A DNA stretch of 64,000 bases from Squalus acanthias (lineage: Eukaryota): the NCBI GenBank assembly GCA_030390025.1, contig CM059433.1:14572001-14636000 (forward strand). The letters are read 5' to 3'. The translations under genes and the position numbers were made by a program. Shown piece by piece: positions 1 to 12,214 of the stretch; the first letter of the stretch is position 1, and every line of letters starts with the position of its first letter. The notes under the pieces were generated by a model. That model was not told where the DNA came from. It searched no databases and worked only from the letters and a program-made list of their open reading frames with translations.

Positions 1-320
1 TCTCCCCCCCCGATCCCTGACCCCTGTTGACGCTCTCTCCCCCCTCCCGATCCCTGACCCCTGCTGACTCTCTCCCCCCTCCCAATCCCTGACCCCTGCT
101 GACGCTCTCTCCCCGCCCGATCCCCGACCCCTGCTGACGCTCTCTCCCCCCTCCCGATCCCCAATCCCTGCTGACGCTCTCTCCCTCCCCCGATCCCCGA
201 CCCCTGCTGACACTCTCCCCCCCCTCTCGATCCCTGACCCCTGCTGACGCTCTCTCCCCGTCCCGATCCCCGACCCCTGCCGATGCTCTCTTCCCCCTCC
301 CGATCCCCGACCCCTGCCGA
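1..320. repeat. C-rich minisatellite, ~38-40 bp unit, ~8 copies, truncated by the window start
   Basis: Unit ccgatccc(t/c)gacccctgctgacgctctctccccc recurs throughout 1-320. Confidence 0.95.
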
Positions 321-538
321 TTGCCGCACCCCTCTCCTGTGGTCCCTCCCTCGGACCGGCCCCTCGCTTCTGAGGCCTACCCACCCGTAGCCACCCAGCC
401 TCTCAATCTGGCTGGCTGCGGGCGGGAATCCGAGGCCTCACATTCAAATCAGGCCCTGCCGTTAAAGTCGGCCTCCCGGGTTGCCTCGGAGACCCGCACC
501 TCCCGCCCCCAGGCCGCCTACCTGGGGAAAATTCCAGT
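321..538. mobile_element. Right end of a GC-rich TIR element (Harbinger-like MITE) that probably contains the minisatellite
   Basis: Ends in aaaattccag, like other TIRs here. Shares cctctcaatctgg with the element at 25227-26040. Confidence 0.5.
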
Positions 539-753
539 GGGATGGCAGCAGATGTGGGGAGAGAGGATTTCCTCTGCTATTTGTACTGAAAAGGTAAGCA
601 CATGTACAGAGAACACATTTGCAATTTTGCTACTAATACAAGCAGAAGAAATCTCTTTAGTTAGCTGCAACAAATTTTCCACTAGTCAGCACAAAACAAG
701 AATTATAATAAAATCATAGATAAGAAACAGTCCAACTGCACTTTCAGTCAGTA

Positions 754-927
754 GTGGGGTAATTTTGACTTCGGGCAATTGTGTAAAACGGACGATATCA
801 GATCAGCCGCCTGTTATACATCTCCCGATTATCCCGTCCATGGAAATGAAAATCGGGGGAGATGTATATCGGCGGCTGATCTGTTATCACCAATTTTGCG
901 CTATTGTCCAATGTCAAAATAACCCAC
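754..927. mobile_element. Small foldback MITE
   Basis: Ends ggggtaattttgac / gtcaaaataaccc. Internal inverted pairs cagatcagccgcc / ggcggctgatctg and tatacatctccc / gggagatgtata. Confidence 0.8.
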
Positions 928-1299
928 TATATATGCTAATAAAAATATTCGCATTTTAATTCTTTCTTCATTTGCATAAGAGGTGGCAATACTTTGGAAT
1001 TAAACATTTCCTCCATTTTTGTACTGAGCAGCATCAAGTGTTCGGTAAGATATGTTGGTTATTATTCAAGATTCAAATGAACACTGTGGGCCAGGGGATC
1101 TCAAGCATACCTTTATTACCTTGACATTTCCATGTTTATAAATGTGCTGGATTCTGATGCCTGATGAGACAAGCCCGGTGACATGGGGCCACTTAGTGTA
1201 ATATTTAGTGAAGGTTCATGCTGCCGGCTCGAGTCAATGGGGATTGAACCTGGTTAGATCCAGTTCAATTGTAACGTTCTCGAGTGTTAGAGAGAGACA

Positions 1300-2014
1300 G
1301 GCCTGGAGTTTCTGCTTGGTTGCATTGTTTTTTTTTTTAAGCGCAATTCACCCCAAAATTGGCCAAACCAGAGCAAAAGATCGAGGAACTCCAAGCGCAA
1401 ATTACATCCAGCGTAAATCGAGTTTCTGCCATCTTTTGCGCTAGTTTAAAAAACATTGCGCTGGAAGCCCGGCCATGATGAGTTCCCATTAATTGCGCCC
1501 TTTTGCGGGACTTCGGGGAGGCTCTTAAAATCACGTTTTTTTTTTTAGACGCAATGACACTAATAGGCACCTTTTAAAAGCTCTTAAATGTTTTGTTAAT
1601 TTGCTAAGACAATGACTACTGCACACCAATGTAACCAGTAAATGGTTCTGTGTTTTTAAAGTTATTCTCAGTTATTTAAATTCGGGTTACTCACAGGTCG
1701 TGGACTGGACACTCTGATTAAAAAGGTTTATTTTTTTGTGATAAACCCATGTTCAGCCGGATTAATAAAACTGCAGCAGCTTACCACTCTTAAATATATC
1801 GAGGAATATTTCTTAACGCAAAAAATGTTTTCAAAAAATTACGTTCTAAAACGCGGCCCGATTGCGCTGGTTCAGGGAAGATTTTACGTTCGGCGATATG
1901 CAAATGTGTTTGAGTGGAAACTTTGAGCAAAATATTTACTTCGCAAAACGAGCGCAATTTTGAGCGCAATTTACACCCGGATCGCCGATTGCGCCCAAAG
2001 CGAAAATCCTGGCC
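1300..2014. mobile_element. Non-autonomous TIR element, same family as 38620-39343
   Basis: Ends ggcctggagttt / aaaatcctggcc. Long collinear similarity to 38620-39343, e.g. aaaagatcgaggaact and gggttactcacaggt. Confidence 0.75.
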
Positions 2015-2229
2015 TTGTTTATCGCACCCTCACTTATAGCTAATTCAAAGCTTGGATGGTCTTTGTTTGCCATTGGCACTTCTGCTACTTTTTGATCATG
2101 CATTTATTTTAATTGTAACCATTGACAACAGCTTTGGGGCACTGACTTGGTCAACAAAGTGAAATTAGCTGAATTGTTATCAGCAGGTACAACCATTAAC
2201 CCAGTGACCTTGTGTCCCAATGACCCAGT

Positions 2230-2540
2230 GTCAGCTGTGGCTCAGTGGGTCGAATACTCGCCTCTGAGCCAAGCCCCACTCCAGGGACTTGAGCACATAA
2301 AGCTAGGCTGATACTCCAGTGTAGTGCTGAGGGAGTGCTGCACTGTCGGAGGTGCCGTCTTTCGGATGAGACGTTAAACCGAGGCCCCGTCTGCTCTCGC
2401 AGGTGGACGTAAAAGATGCCATGGCACTATTTCGAAGAAGAGCAGGGGAGTTATCCCCGGTGTCCTGGCCAATATTTATCCCTCAACCAACATAACAAAA
2501 AAACCCAGATTATTTGGCCATTATCACACTGCTGTCTGTA
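2230..2540 (+). mobile_element. tRNA-derived DeuSINE (SacSINE1-like), 5' part; its tail resumes at ~3275-3340
   Basis: A-box-like gtggctcagtggg head and Deu-type core gtgctgcactgtcggaggtgccgtctttcggatgagacgttaaaccgagg. Tail aaggcgctatataaatgcaagtctttcttt follows the L2 insert. Confidence 0.85.
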
Positions 2541-2544
2541 AATG

Positions 2545-3276
2545 AGCCTGAAATGAGCTTCCGACCACATATCCGCAGCATCACTAAGACCGCCTAATTC
2601 CACCTCCGTAACATCGCCCGTCTCCGCCCTTGCCTCAGCTCATCCGCTGCTGAAACCCTCATCCATGCCTTTGTTACCTCTAGACTTGAGTATTCCAACG
2701 CACTCCTGGCTGGCTGACCTCCCATATTCCACCCTACGTAAACTTGAGGTCATTCAAAACTCAGCTGCCCGTGTCCTAACTCGCACCACGTCTCATTCGC
2801 CCATCACCCCTCTGCTCACTGACCTACATTGGCTCCCGGTTAAGCAGCGCCTCGATTTCAAAATTCTCATCCTTGTTTTCAAATCCCTCTGTGGCCTCGC
2901 CTCTCCCTATCTCTGTAATCTCCTTCAGCCCCACAACCCCCCCACCTCCCGAGATATCTGCGCTCCTCTAATTCCGCCCTCTTGAGGATCCCTGATTATA
3001 ATCGTTCAACCTTTGGTGGCCGTGCCTTCTGTTGCCGAGTCCTGAAGCTCTGGAATTCCCTGCCTAAACCTCTCCGCCTCTCTACCTCTCTTTCCTCCTT
3101 TAAGACGCTCCTTAAAACCTACCTCTTTGACCAAGCTTTGGTCACCTGCCCTAATTTATCCTTATGTGGATCGGTGTCAAATTTGTTGTCTTAAAATACT
3201 CCTGTGCAGCGCCTTGGGACGTTTTACTACATTAAAGGCGCTATATAAACACAAGTTGTTGTTGGTGTTGTTGTTG
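2545..3276 (+). mobile_element. L2 LINE 3' fragment
   Basis: ORF remnants IQNSAARVL, ITPLLTDLHWLPVKQRLDFK and GGRAF..KLWNSLP, followed by a (gtt)n tail. Confidence 0.9.
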
Positions 3277-3429
3277 TAAAACGCCGAGACGTCCGGCAGT
3301 CGTGAAAGGCGCTATATAAATGCAAGTCTTTCTTTCTTTTTCAACTGTGTGTATTAATTTATCTCCGTAATGCTGTTGGTTCAACAAGCCCGCAACACTA
3401 TCTTTGATACTTTCACCAATGGCAGGACA

Positions 3430-4411
3430 TCTAACAAAGCCGGCCGTTAGTTAGACTTACCATTGCACGTTTAGGTTTTAAATTTTTTTGCATGGCAAGT
3501 TGCTGAAAGTGTGAGCTGTTAACGGTATAAGCGAGGGGAAACAGGGCATCTGGGACCCGAGTCAACAGGGAAAGCAACTGTGTATCTCCTTAACCAATCA
3601 GATTGAAGAATTGTGAAATTAACAGTGCAAGGACTGAGAAGGAAGTATAAATTAGAGTAGAAGAATTCAACGTCAAATCAGGTACAGAAAGAGAAATAAA
3701 TAGAGGGAAAGAAAGATTGGATTAAGAGAGAGGAAAAAAAAGAGACAGAAAGGAAAAGTAAAAAAAATTAAATTTTACATTTTTTAAATCTCCAACAACA
3801 ATTAATACTTGAAGGAATGAGACTCCACACTTATAATAGTTTATTTTCAGTGCCAGAGAGGTTGATTGGCAGTAATCAACACTTATCACATTGTTAAAAG
3901 GGTACTTAGACTTGAAATGAGAAAAGTTAACTTTCTGTGGCAAGTTTAGTTTGTGTCTGCTGCGCAAATACAGCAATTTCACACCATTTAACGCATGTCA
4001 ATGGTGAGGTAAAAATGAGAAGTCGCACAACACCAGGTTATAGTCCCACAGATTTATTTAATTTTACAAGCTTTCGAAGCAGTTCGCTCCTTCGTCAGGT
4101 AAGTTAGCAATGAGAGAATCTCCCAGAATTCACAATTTAAACCCAGACAAAATCTATTCACATTATTCCCTACAACAAAGAGCACAGCCTCATTTTTGTC
4201 CACCCCAGTCCAACGCCGGCATCTCCACACCAATGGTGAGGTAGACAGCGAGATGTCACTTTCGTGAAGCTGACGGCAGAGCAGCTGCAGCTTTTGGATT
4301 TCCACGTTTATCTGCACATCTGTCTCTTGCCTGAAATTGCTGTACAATTCACCCATAAATAACATCGAGTACCATTGGGCTCACCGTTATTTTGACAGCA
4401 AATTATGGCCC
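3430..4411. mobile_element. Old TIR-type repeat hosting a Penelope-like insert (left end uncertain)
   Basis: Right end aaattatggccc resembles the other TIRs. Sequence is interrupted at a 13-bp duplicated site. Confidence 0.45.
4012..4230. mobile_element. Short Penelope-like insert with a hammerhead-like core on the minus strand (4065-4098)
   Basis: 13-bp TSD caatggtgaggta at 3999-4011 and 4231-4243. Minus strand reads CTGACGA-aGGAGC-gaact-GCTTC-GAAA-GCTTG. Termini match those of 58518-58743. Confidence 0.8.
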
Positions 4412-5176
4412 AGTATAAATGGAATATCTTACAATCCAACAGAAGTTGAAGAAGAAAGAATGTTGGGCTTAGTTCTTTGATTTTTATGGCTAGTACTGAT
4501 GTCATTCTTTAAAGCACTTGTGAAGTGACAGTATTATAATAAGGATGCGCATTCACTACACAGCAATGCTCGAGGTTTTCAGTAATCACAGCACGCATTC
4601 TTATAATGCGCTTACTAAAATTGGTCCAAGGCATTCTGTGATGAATAGAATCCATTTCATGACACAGCCACACAACTCTACAAAATGCACGTCCAATTGT
4701 GCAGTAGAGTGGAGTGACAAAGTACAGTTCGAGCATCTTTAGCTACTGATTTTTCCCTTAAACCCCTAGTAATGTATTTGATCCATTCAACAATGTAATG
4801 GTTAAGTACGAATACTCCAAATTATATTTGGCTCATGAAACTGTCCTCTTGTCAACTTAGGATTTTCCAATTTAATCCTGTTACTGTTAGGTTAAAATTT
4901 TGAAATTTTATTTGGTTGTATTCTCATTTTCACAGTTTGTTCTTTGTGTGACATGGCAAGAGATATGGTTTTACTTTTGATGATATATTTTCCTATTCTC
5001 TTCAAAGTAATATCAATGCAAAACTGTTATGATAATTCTTCAATGGGTTGAAACTGGGCTGTGCAATATTAATAGTGAACACATTAATGTGTTCATATGA
5101 AATTCCTCTGCTATTTTGAGCAATGCATTAACCAGTTTAAAATAACCTTCATTAAAGATGGATGCAAAAAGTTCCA

Positions 5177-7350
5177 TGGCACTCCACAGCTCTCTGGGGT
5201 AGAGAATTCCAAAGATTCACGACCCTCAGAGAAGAAATTCCTCCTCATTTCCGATTTAAATGGGTGCCCCCTTATTCTGAAATTATGCCCCCTAGTTCTA
5301 GATTCCCCCACGAGGGGAAACATCCTCTCAGCACCTACCCTGTCGAGCCGCCTGAGAATCTTATATGTTTCAATAAGATCACCTCTCATTCTTCTAAACT
5401 CCAATAAGCATAGGCCCAAACTGCTCAACCTTTCCTCATAAGACAACCCCTTCATCCCAGGAATCAACCTAGTGAACCTTCTATGAACTGACTCCAACAC
5501 AAGTATATCCCTCCTTAAATAAGAAGATCAAAACTGTATGCAGTACTCCAGGTGTAGCAAGACTTCCCTACTTTTATACTCCATCCCCCTTGCAATAAAG
5601 GTCAGCAGTCCAATTGCCTTCCTAATTACTTGCTGTACCTGCATGCTAACTTTTTGTGTTTCATGTACGAGGACAGCCAGATCCCTCTGTACCGCAGCAT
5701 TCTGTAGTCTCTCTCCATTTAAATAATATTTTACTTTTCTATTCTTCCTACCTAAGTGGATAACCTCACATTTTCCCACATTATACTCCATCTGCCAAAT
5801 TTTTGCCCACTCACTTAACCTATCTATATCCCTTTGCAGACTTGTGTCCTCCTCACAACTTGCTTTCCCACCTATTTTTGTATCATCAGCAAATTTGCAG
5901 ACTCTTTGGGCTGGATTTTGCCAATGGGAAGCTTTTGGAGGTGGGACTCCCACTTGTCGGATTTTAGTCCCGCCTCCATTGACTTCTGGCCAACCCACAC
6001 TATTTTCCATTGATTGACCTTGGTAAGCCCGCCCAGTGGGCTTAGCAGGCCGATTAAGGGAAAGCCGGTTACAGAGAACGTCAGCGTATGACGTTTCATC
6101 TGTCAAAAATTTTTGACAGATGAATTGTTATTATTTGACAGCTGTGTGAAGCTGTCAAACACTGACATTCTCTGTAGTTTGATGAGTTCTTGAATTCAAG
6201 ACTCATCAAACCTCTTTATTTAGCAGAAATTAAATGGTTGTTGCATTGGAGAATGCAACGGCATTCTGTCATCTCTGCCGCGGAGGTGCGAGACTCTCCG
6301 CATCCCCAACTCTTGAAGCCTGCAGGAAGAAACAAAGGTAAGTAAACTTATACTAACACTTTCCACTTACCTCACATACTCACCGCTCCACACTTGCACC
6401 CATCACTTACCTCCACAGCGCACATTTGCACCCCTCTGACCCCCACAGACCCACTGCTCGCCTCGGTGACCCTGGCGGGGTTCGGAGCCTTCGGGAAGCC
6501 CACACTTGTGTGGGTAAAATGGGTAATCCTCTTATCTGCCTGTTAACTACTTGTTAACAGACAGCTAAGTGGCTGTAATCCCCTTCCCACCTCTAAGGAG
6601 ACGGGACCCGGCGCGGGTCGGCTACCCGCCTCCTGGCAAGATGGCACGGAGGCGGGTTGGGGACGGGATGGGTACCCCCCCCAGATTTTGCCATTTTCCT
6701 GCCTCCATACCCGCCTCCCCAGGGCTGGCAAGATTGCGCCCTTTGTGTTCTCCTCACAACTTGCTTTCCCACCTATCTTTGTATTGTCAGCAAATTTGGC
6801 TACAATACATTTGGTCCCTTCATCCAAGTCATTAATATAGATTGTAAATAGTTGAGGCCCCAGCACTGATCCCTATGGCACCCCACTAGTTACAGTTTGC
6901 CAACCTGAAAATGACCCATTTATCCCGATTGTTTTCTGTTAGTTAGCCAATGTCTATCCATGCTAATATATTACCCCCAACACCATGAGCTCTTATCTTG
7001 TGCAGTGACCTTATATGTGGCGCCTTATCGAGTGCCTTTTGGAAATGCAAATACACTACATCTACTGGTTCCCCTTTATCTACCTTGCTCATTGCATCCT
7101 CAAAGAACTCTAATAAATTTGTCAAACACAATTTCCCTTTCATAAAACCATGTTGACTCTGCTTGATTGTATTATGATTCTCTAAATGTCCTGCTACTAC
7201 TTCCTTAATGATGGATTCCAGAATTTTCCCAATGACAGAGGTTAGGCTAACTGGCCTATAGTTTCCTGCTTTCTGTCTCCCTCCTTTCTTGAAAATGGGA
7301 ATTACATCTGTGGTTTTCCAATCTGCTGGGACCTTTCCAGAGTCTAGGGA
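5177..7350 (-). mobile_element. Decayed CR1 LINE ORF2 (RT and C-terminal part), interrupted by a MITE
   Basis: [46 protein letters not shown] and RRMRGDLIETYK motifs spread over several frames. Confidence 0.95.
5908..6741. mobile_element. PIF/Harbinger-like MITE (family A) inserted in CR1
   Basis: TTT TSD at 5905-5907 and 6742-6744. Ends gggctggattttgcca / tggcaagattgcgccc. Internal hairpins are shared in reverse orientation with 54894-55738. Confidence 0.85.
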
Positions 7351-7352
7351 AT

Positions 7353-8272
7353 CATGACCATTGTGGGGGGTACCGTTATGTCTCACCATTCACTGCAACT
7401 CACTCAGCCACTTCCAAAGGTGCACACAAATCTGTCCAAGAACGCAAAGTGTTGAAAATAAAGGCTTCAATGTTTGACAGCACATTAACAGAAAATTTAC
7501 ATGAACATTGGCGAAAACACCCAAGTGCCTACCCTTGTGTGTTGGTAGTTGGTATGATTTGACAAGGATGAGGGTGAGTGAGAGGGGTGGCTAGTGAGAT
7601 GGGGAAGTGACAATGTAGATAGAGAGGGATGGGTGGAGGTGCAAGGTAAGTTGGTGTGAGTAAGGATGTGCAGGAGTAGGGTAGGGAAGGCAGAGTGATG
7701 GGGATGTGATGAGTGGCAAAGCAGGATGAGGTTGAGTGTGGCTTTGCAGTAACGTTTCATGATCTACTGAGATCATTGAAAGGTTTGCGCCACTGCAGCC
7801 TGGTCCTCCTGACGACATCCCTGCTTGTGTCCTCCTGTGTAATGTGCAACCCGGCTGCGTTGATCACCTGAGGAGGTCTCTTCTGCCCATGAGAAGGGAA
7901 AAGGACTTCCCTGCGTGCTGTGACTCCCTCCATAAGCATATGGAGGGAGTCATGGGAGAGCCTGGGTGCAGCCCTGCACCTCTGTGCAGTGCTTGCCAGT
8001 GTTTGCAGCACCTCAATGCTGCAGAACACTGACAGCACAACTGTCAAAATAAAGTTGCACCTGGTCCCTTTAAGGAAACCGGCTGATGACGCGTCATCAA
8101 ATGACATCATCAGATCCGCTTCCTTCAATTGGCCAGAAAACGTGCTGGGTGGGCTTAACAAACCTAATCAGGAGAAAATCATTCTACTGAGCGGGTTGGA
8201 GCCAGCAGTGGTGTCAGGGCCCGCCACCGACATCGCCCGCCCCGGATCCGCCAAGGTGGGAAAATCGCGGCC
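7353..8272 (-). mobile_element. Truncated Harbinger-derived element (family B) with a Myb/SANT-like exon remnant at ~7760-7990
   Basis: APRLSHDSLHMLMEGVTARREVLFP..RRTRLQWRKPFNDL. TIR-like end aaaatcgcggcc. Collinear with 26420-28186 and 47081-49293. Confidence 0.8.
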
Positions 8273-8303
8273 AAAATGTCTTTTTGTCTGCTTGGTGAAT
8301 ATT

Positions 8304-9069
8304 GGCCCTGAAATTCACCTCTCCGGCTTGCCGCGGGGGTAAGGATCGCACGCGCACTTACCTACCGTGCCTGCCGTTGACCTCCGGGCCCACGGGAGCT
8401 TCAGCTCCTGGGCCTGCTCCAAGTGCCGGCGCGCAGTGCTTGCGTGTCCCAGGGGCGCAGTTAGTGCGATGCGACCCCTGGGATCACGTGGGCCATGGAG
8501 AGCCAATGGCAGCAGACCATCTTTCATTCATAGATTTGACAGGAAGACCTGTCAAATCTATGATTGAAATCGGCCCCAAAAGAACAGCTAAACTGCAAAT
8601 AAATTTTTTAAAAAACCATCACATTTTATAAAATAACTATAAGTTAAATAAATTAACTACTTTAAACAAAAATTTAAATTTTTGAAAAAATTAAAATACT
8701 TTTTAACAGTGCTAAAAATAAACTTACCTTTCTTTAAAATATCCAAAAAAGATAAACCTGTTGAATTTTTTTTTAAATTATACTTAATTAACCACTTACC
8801 TTGTTGAAAACGGGTCCTGCGCCTCCTTTTTAAAAGCGCAGGTTCTTCAATACTTACCCTCCCGTAGAAACCTGAAAAAAAAACTAAGTGTGCTGCGTGC
8901 GCGCAGCCTCTCCCGCGCACGTGGTTCACCTCTGAACCGCTCCCTTCACGAGACCGGAAGTTCCGGTTTCCCGCGCATGCGCAGTGCATGCAGGAAACCG
9001 GCACTTCAGGACGCCTTACGGGTGAGTACACAGCGCGTACTCACCCGGCAAGGGCCGAATTTTTGGCCC
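8304..9069. mobile_element. TIR MITE with GC-rich ends and an AT-rich core
   Basis: Ends ggccctgaaattc / gaatttttggccc, flanks att / aat. Internal hairpin tcatagatttgacagg..cctgtcaaatctatga. Confidence 0.75.
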
Positions 9070-9359
9070 AATTCCAGCCATTTACTCTGAAACAGCAGGC
9101 AATTGGGTTCGTGCATCGGGTACACATTCTCCAATTGCTGAATCAGAAATTTAAGAACATACGTTGTTGACCTTTTGCCCACAAAGAGACAAATAGACTT
9201 TGGATTCTAGGAATGTAAGTAATGGGAGTCATATGGTTAAGTGTGTCTGATCAGTAACTAAGTAGAGCAATGAGTGGGCCAGTAAACCAGAGTTATACTA
9301 CCAGCCCTGCATTGTTTCTCTGCCTGGGAACAATGGAGCTCTGCAGTGCTCTACTCACA

Positions 9360-9648
9360 TAAACGCATAAGAAATGGGAGCAGGAGTCGGCCATAAAACC
9401 CTCGAGCCTGCTCCTCCATTCAATAAGATCGTGGCTGAACTTTTACATCAACTCCACTTTCCCGCCCGATCCCCATATCCTTGATTCCTTTAATATCCAA
9501 AAATCTATCGATCTCTGTCTTGAATATACTCAACGACTGAGCTCCACAGCTCCCTGGGGTAGAGAATTCCAAAGATTCACCAACCCTCTGAGTGAAGAAA
9601 TATCTCCTCATCTCAGTGCTAAATGGCCACCCCTTAGCCTGAGACTAT
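9360..9648 (-). mobile_element. CR1 LINE 3' end
   Basis: MRRYFFTQRV and FKTEIDRFL remnants with the typical 3' UTR. Confidence 0.9.
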
Positions 9649-10477
9649 GGCCTAGAAATTCGGGTGGTTTGTGCCACCCGTTAGCACCATGAAATGGCGA
9701 AAGAAACGACGGCCGGCGCCCGTCCGCCAGCTGGTGGCGGGTACCACGGCGGCCGCCATTTGCGACAGGTTGTCAGCGCTGCCGTTAACTGCTATCGGTG
9801 AAAGTATTTTAATGAGCTGGAGCGTGACGTCAATCGGCGTGCAACGGTGAGTTGACGCCAGCTCATCCATTTTGGAGTTCATCGCTCACATTGCCTCCCG
9901 TGCTAAAGCACGCCAGCGAGTGCTGCCGCTAAAAGGTCTTTCACCAGCGTTAACGGCCACAAGGAGTCTGGCAGGACTTCTGAGGATGGACGCCGGAACT
10001 TCAAACACCTCTTTCATTTAAACTTTCATTTTTTGCCATCAGTTGCGGGGGTTGCATTTTCTGGCAGCTTTCCGAAGGCCTGCAGTGTTTTGTGTGTCAG
10101 TAAATCAATGGATGAACTCCATTACAACGATTGAAAATGATCTGTGATAAAATCTCTTATCTGCATTCAGGTCATAAACAAACAAACAAAAAAAATCGAG
10201 AAACATCGGGTGGCAGCTAATATTTTAGGATCACGTACGGCAACTCCTTTCTTCCCCGTTCCCCTGCACTGCAAGTGGGACACAGAGTGGACCTTTGACC
10301 TCCTTCTGACGTTAGCGCTGCAAAGGGCACGTTGCCCTAGCAAATCACCGCCACGCTGATGATAAAGAGCAGGCAATACCAAAATGTCGGTACTGCCTGC
10401 GCTCTCTCGGCCTGCGGCCGTTATCCTTGGCCACCAATGTTACCGGCAGGCTTCCAGCGCTCCCCAGTTTCTAGGCC
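9649..10477. mobile_element. PIF/Harbinger-like MITE
   Basis: TIR ggcctagaaa / tttctaggcc and TAT TSD at 9646-9648 and 10478-10480. Confidence 0.85.
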
Positions 10478-12214
10478 TATAACCCTTGAATGTCAATGAC
10501 CCTCACCTGCCTCTTGAATGTCATTTGCATTTTATTGTGGAAAGAAAGACTTGTACTTATATAGCACCTTTGACGACCTCAGGACGTCACAAAGCGCTTC
10601 AGCAGCCAACATTCTGCCTCATTTACTTTACGCTAACATTAAAAGATTAAAATGAAGCTTAAAAAGCCCAGACAACCACTTGGGAACTTTCAAAACTTGG
10701 GCTTTGCACCAAGTGGCAGTTAAACTGCAGCGGGCATGAAGCCGAAGCAATGGGAGACGGCTTCTTGCAAATGGGCACCCCTGTCCCTCAGTGAACATCC
10801 AATAATTTCACACCTAAATTACATTATACAGTTTGTGTCAATGTGAAGTCGTTTTGGTGTAATATTTGATCCATTTTTGCCGACTGATTATTGTGATTAG
10901 AAGAATTTTATTTCGGCTGCAAATAAATCACTGCCCAGCAGAGACAGGATTGAGCCATTTTAAGCTGCGCGCACGTGTTACTGAGTCAGTAAATCCCAGG
11001 AGCAGAAACTCGGGACTCTGCAGCAATCCTGAAAACAAAAATGGGGAGCAAGTCCATCACGAAAGAGAGGGTAAACACGGACATCAGGATTCTGACGGAT
11101 CGCCAGAAAAACAACGCAGTTTGTTTACAGGAATTGTTGGACGCACAGAACGCATGAGGCAGAATTCAGATTTGACCTGGACAACTGAAAAAGTTGGATA
11201 CCATCTGCAAATCAAAACCAGCAACAGCGCCACTAAAGTCAAAGCTTCGTTCACGTCTCACCTGACCGGACATCCTTTGTGGCACCAAGACATGGAGTCA
11301 TTGGAGCATAACATTCCACTGCTCCACCTCCCGGGTTGACCCTAATAAATTATAAAGGACAAGCTGCCAGCCATCCTGGACTACTGACATTTTTTTAAGG
11401 GGTAATTGGTTGCAGGTATGAGGGGGGAAAAAATGTTACTGTCTTTCCACAGGCTGTAAATAGTTCAGATTTTATTTTTGAATCTTTTCAAATGCTGGCT
11501 GGGACAAAAGAAGTGATTACAAAAAAAAAACCCACAGTGGCAGCTGAAATACAGGTGGGGCTGAAAACTCAGGTCTGTATGCCCCCTAACGCCTGTTTCA
11601 TGGTCGCCCAAGTGAAGGTGCTGATGCATATAGTGGGCGTGAGGATTGTTGTCCTGTTTGACACTTCCAAGGCGCCAATGCTGAGAGGAGGTGGCAGCCT
11701 AGGTCAATACTGTGTGCACGACTGATGTGGCCTGGGAACAGATACAGAAGAATATGACATACCTTAACAAAGCTGTCAAGGGAAGACTCCCTTAACAGTG
11801 CCATTTATCAGCTAGATGGCCTAATATGCATGTCACAGTGTGTTGCCTGTTAATCTGTTACAACATTTACTGTTGGCTGATGCCAAGCCTTCACAAAAGC
11901 TGACAACTCTTTCACGGCTGACCTTGAATATCCATACACATTCAAACTGAAACTTAGAATCAAAAGTGTGGCCTACTCACAATTTCAAAGAGCTTCTCAC
12001 ATTTTGAAACAAAATCTAGCTGCATGATCTACTGATACTTATGCCCATCATTGTGACTAAACTCCTTCAACTTCCAACATCTGAAGATTACTTCACTGCT
12101 TGTACGACAAGGTAACACATCATACAAGGGAACAGACCCAAACTGGAGGAAGACTCAGAAATCACAAGCTCTCGCTTCCTGTGGAGGAAGCCACCCTGGA
12201 CCATCTTGTATGTA

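Noticed and set aside
1..320. Regular repeats suggesting a CRISPR array
   Set aside because: No unique spacers or cas genes, and the context is a vertebrate genome.
321..719. 132-aa ORF and donor-like aaggtaag at ~591
   Set aside because: Starts at TTG inside a repeat. No recognisable domain or acceptor.
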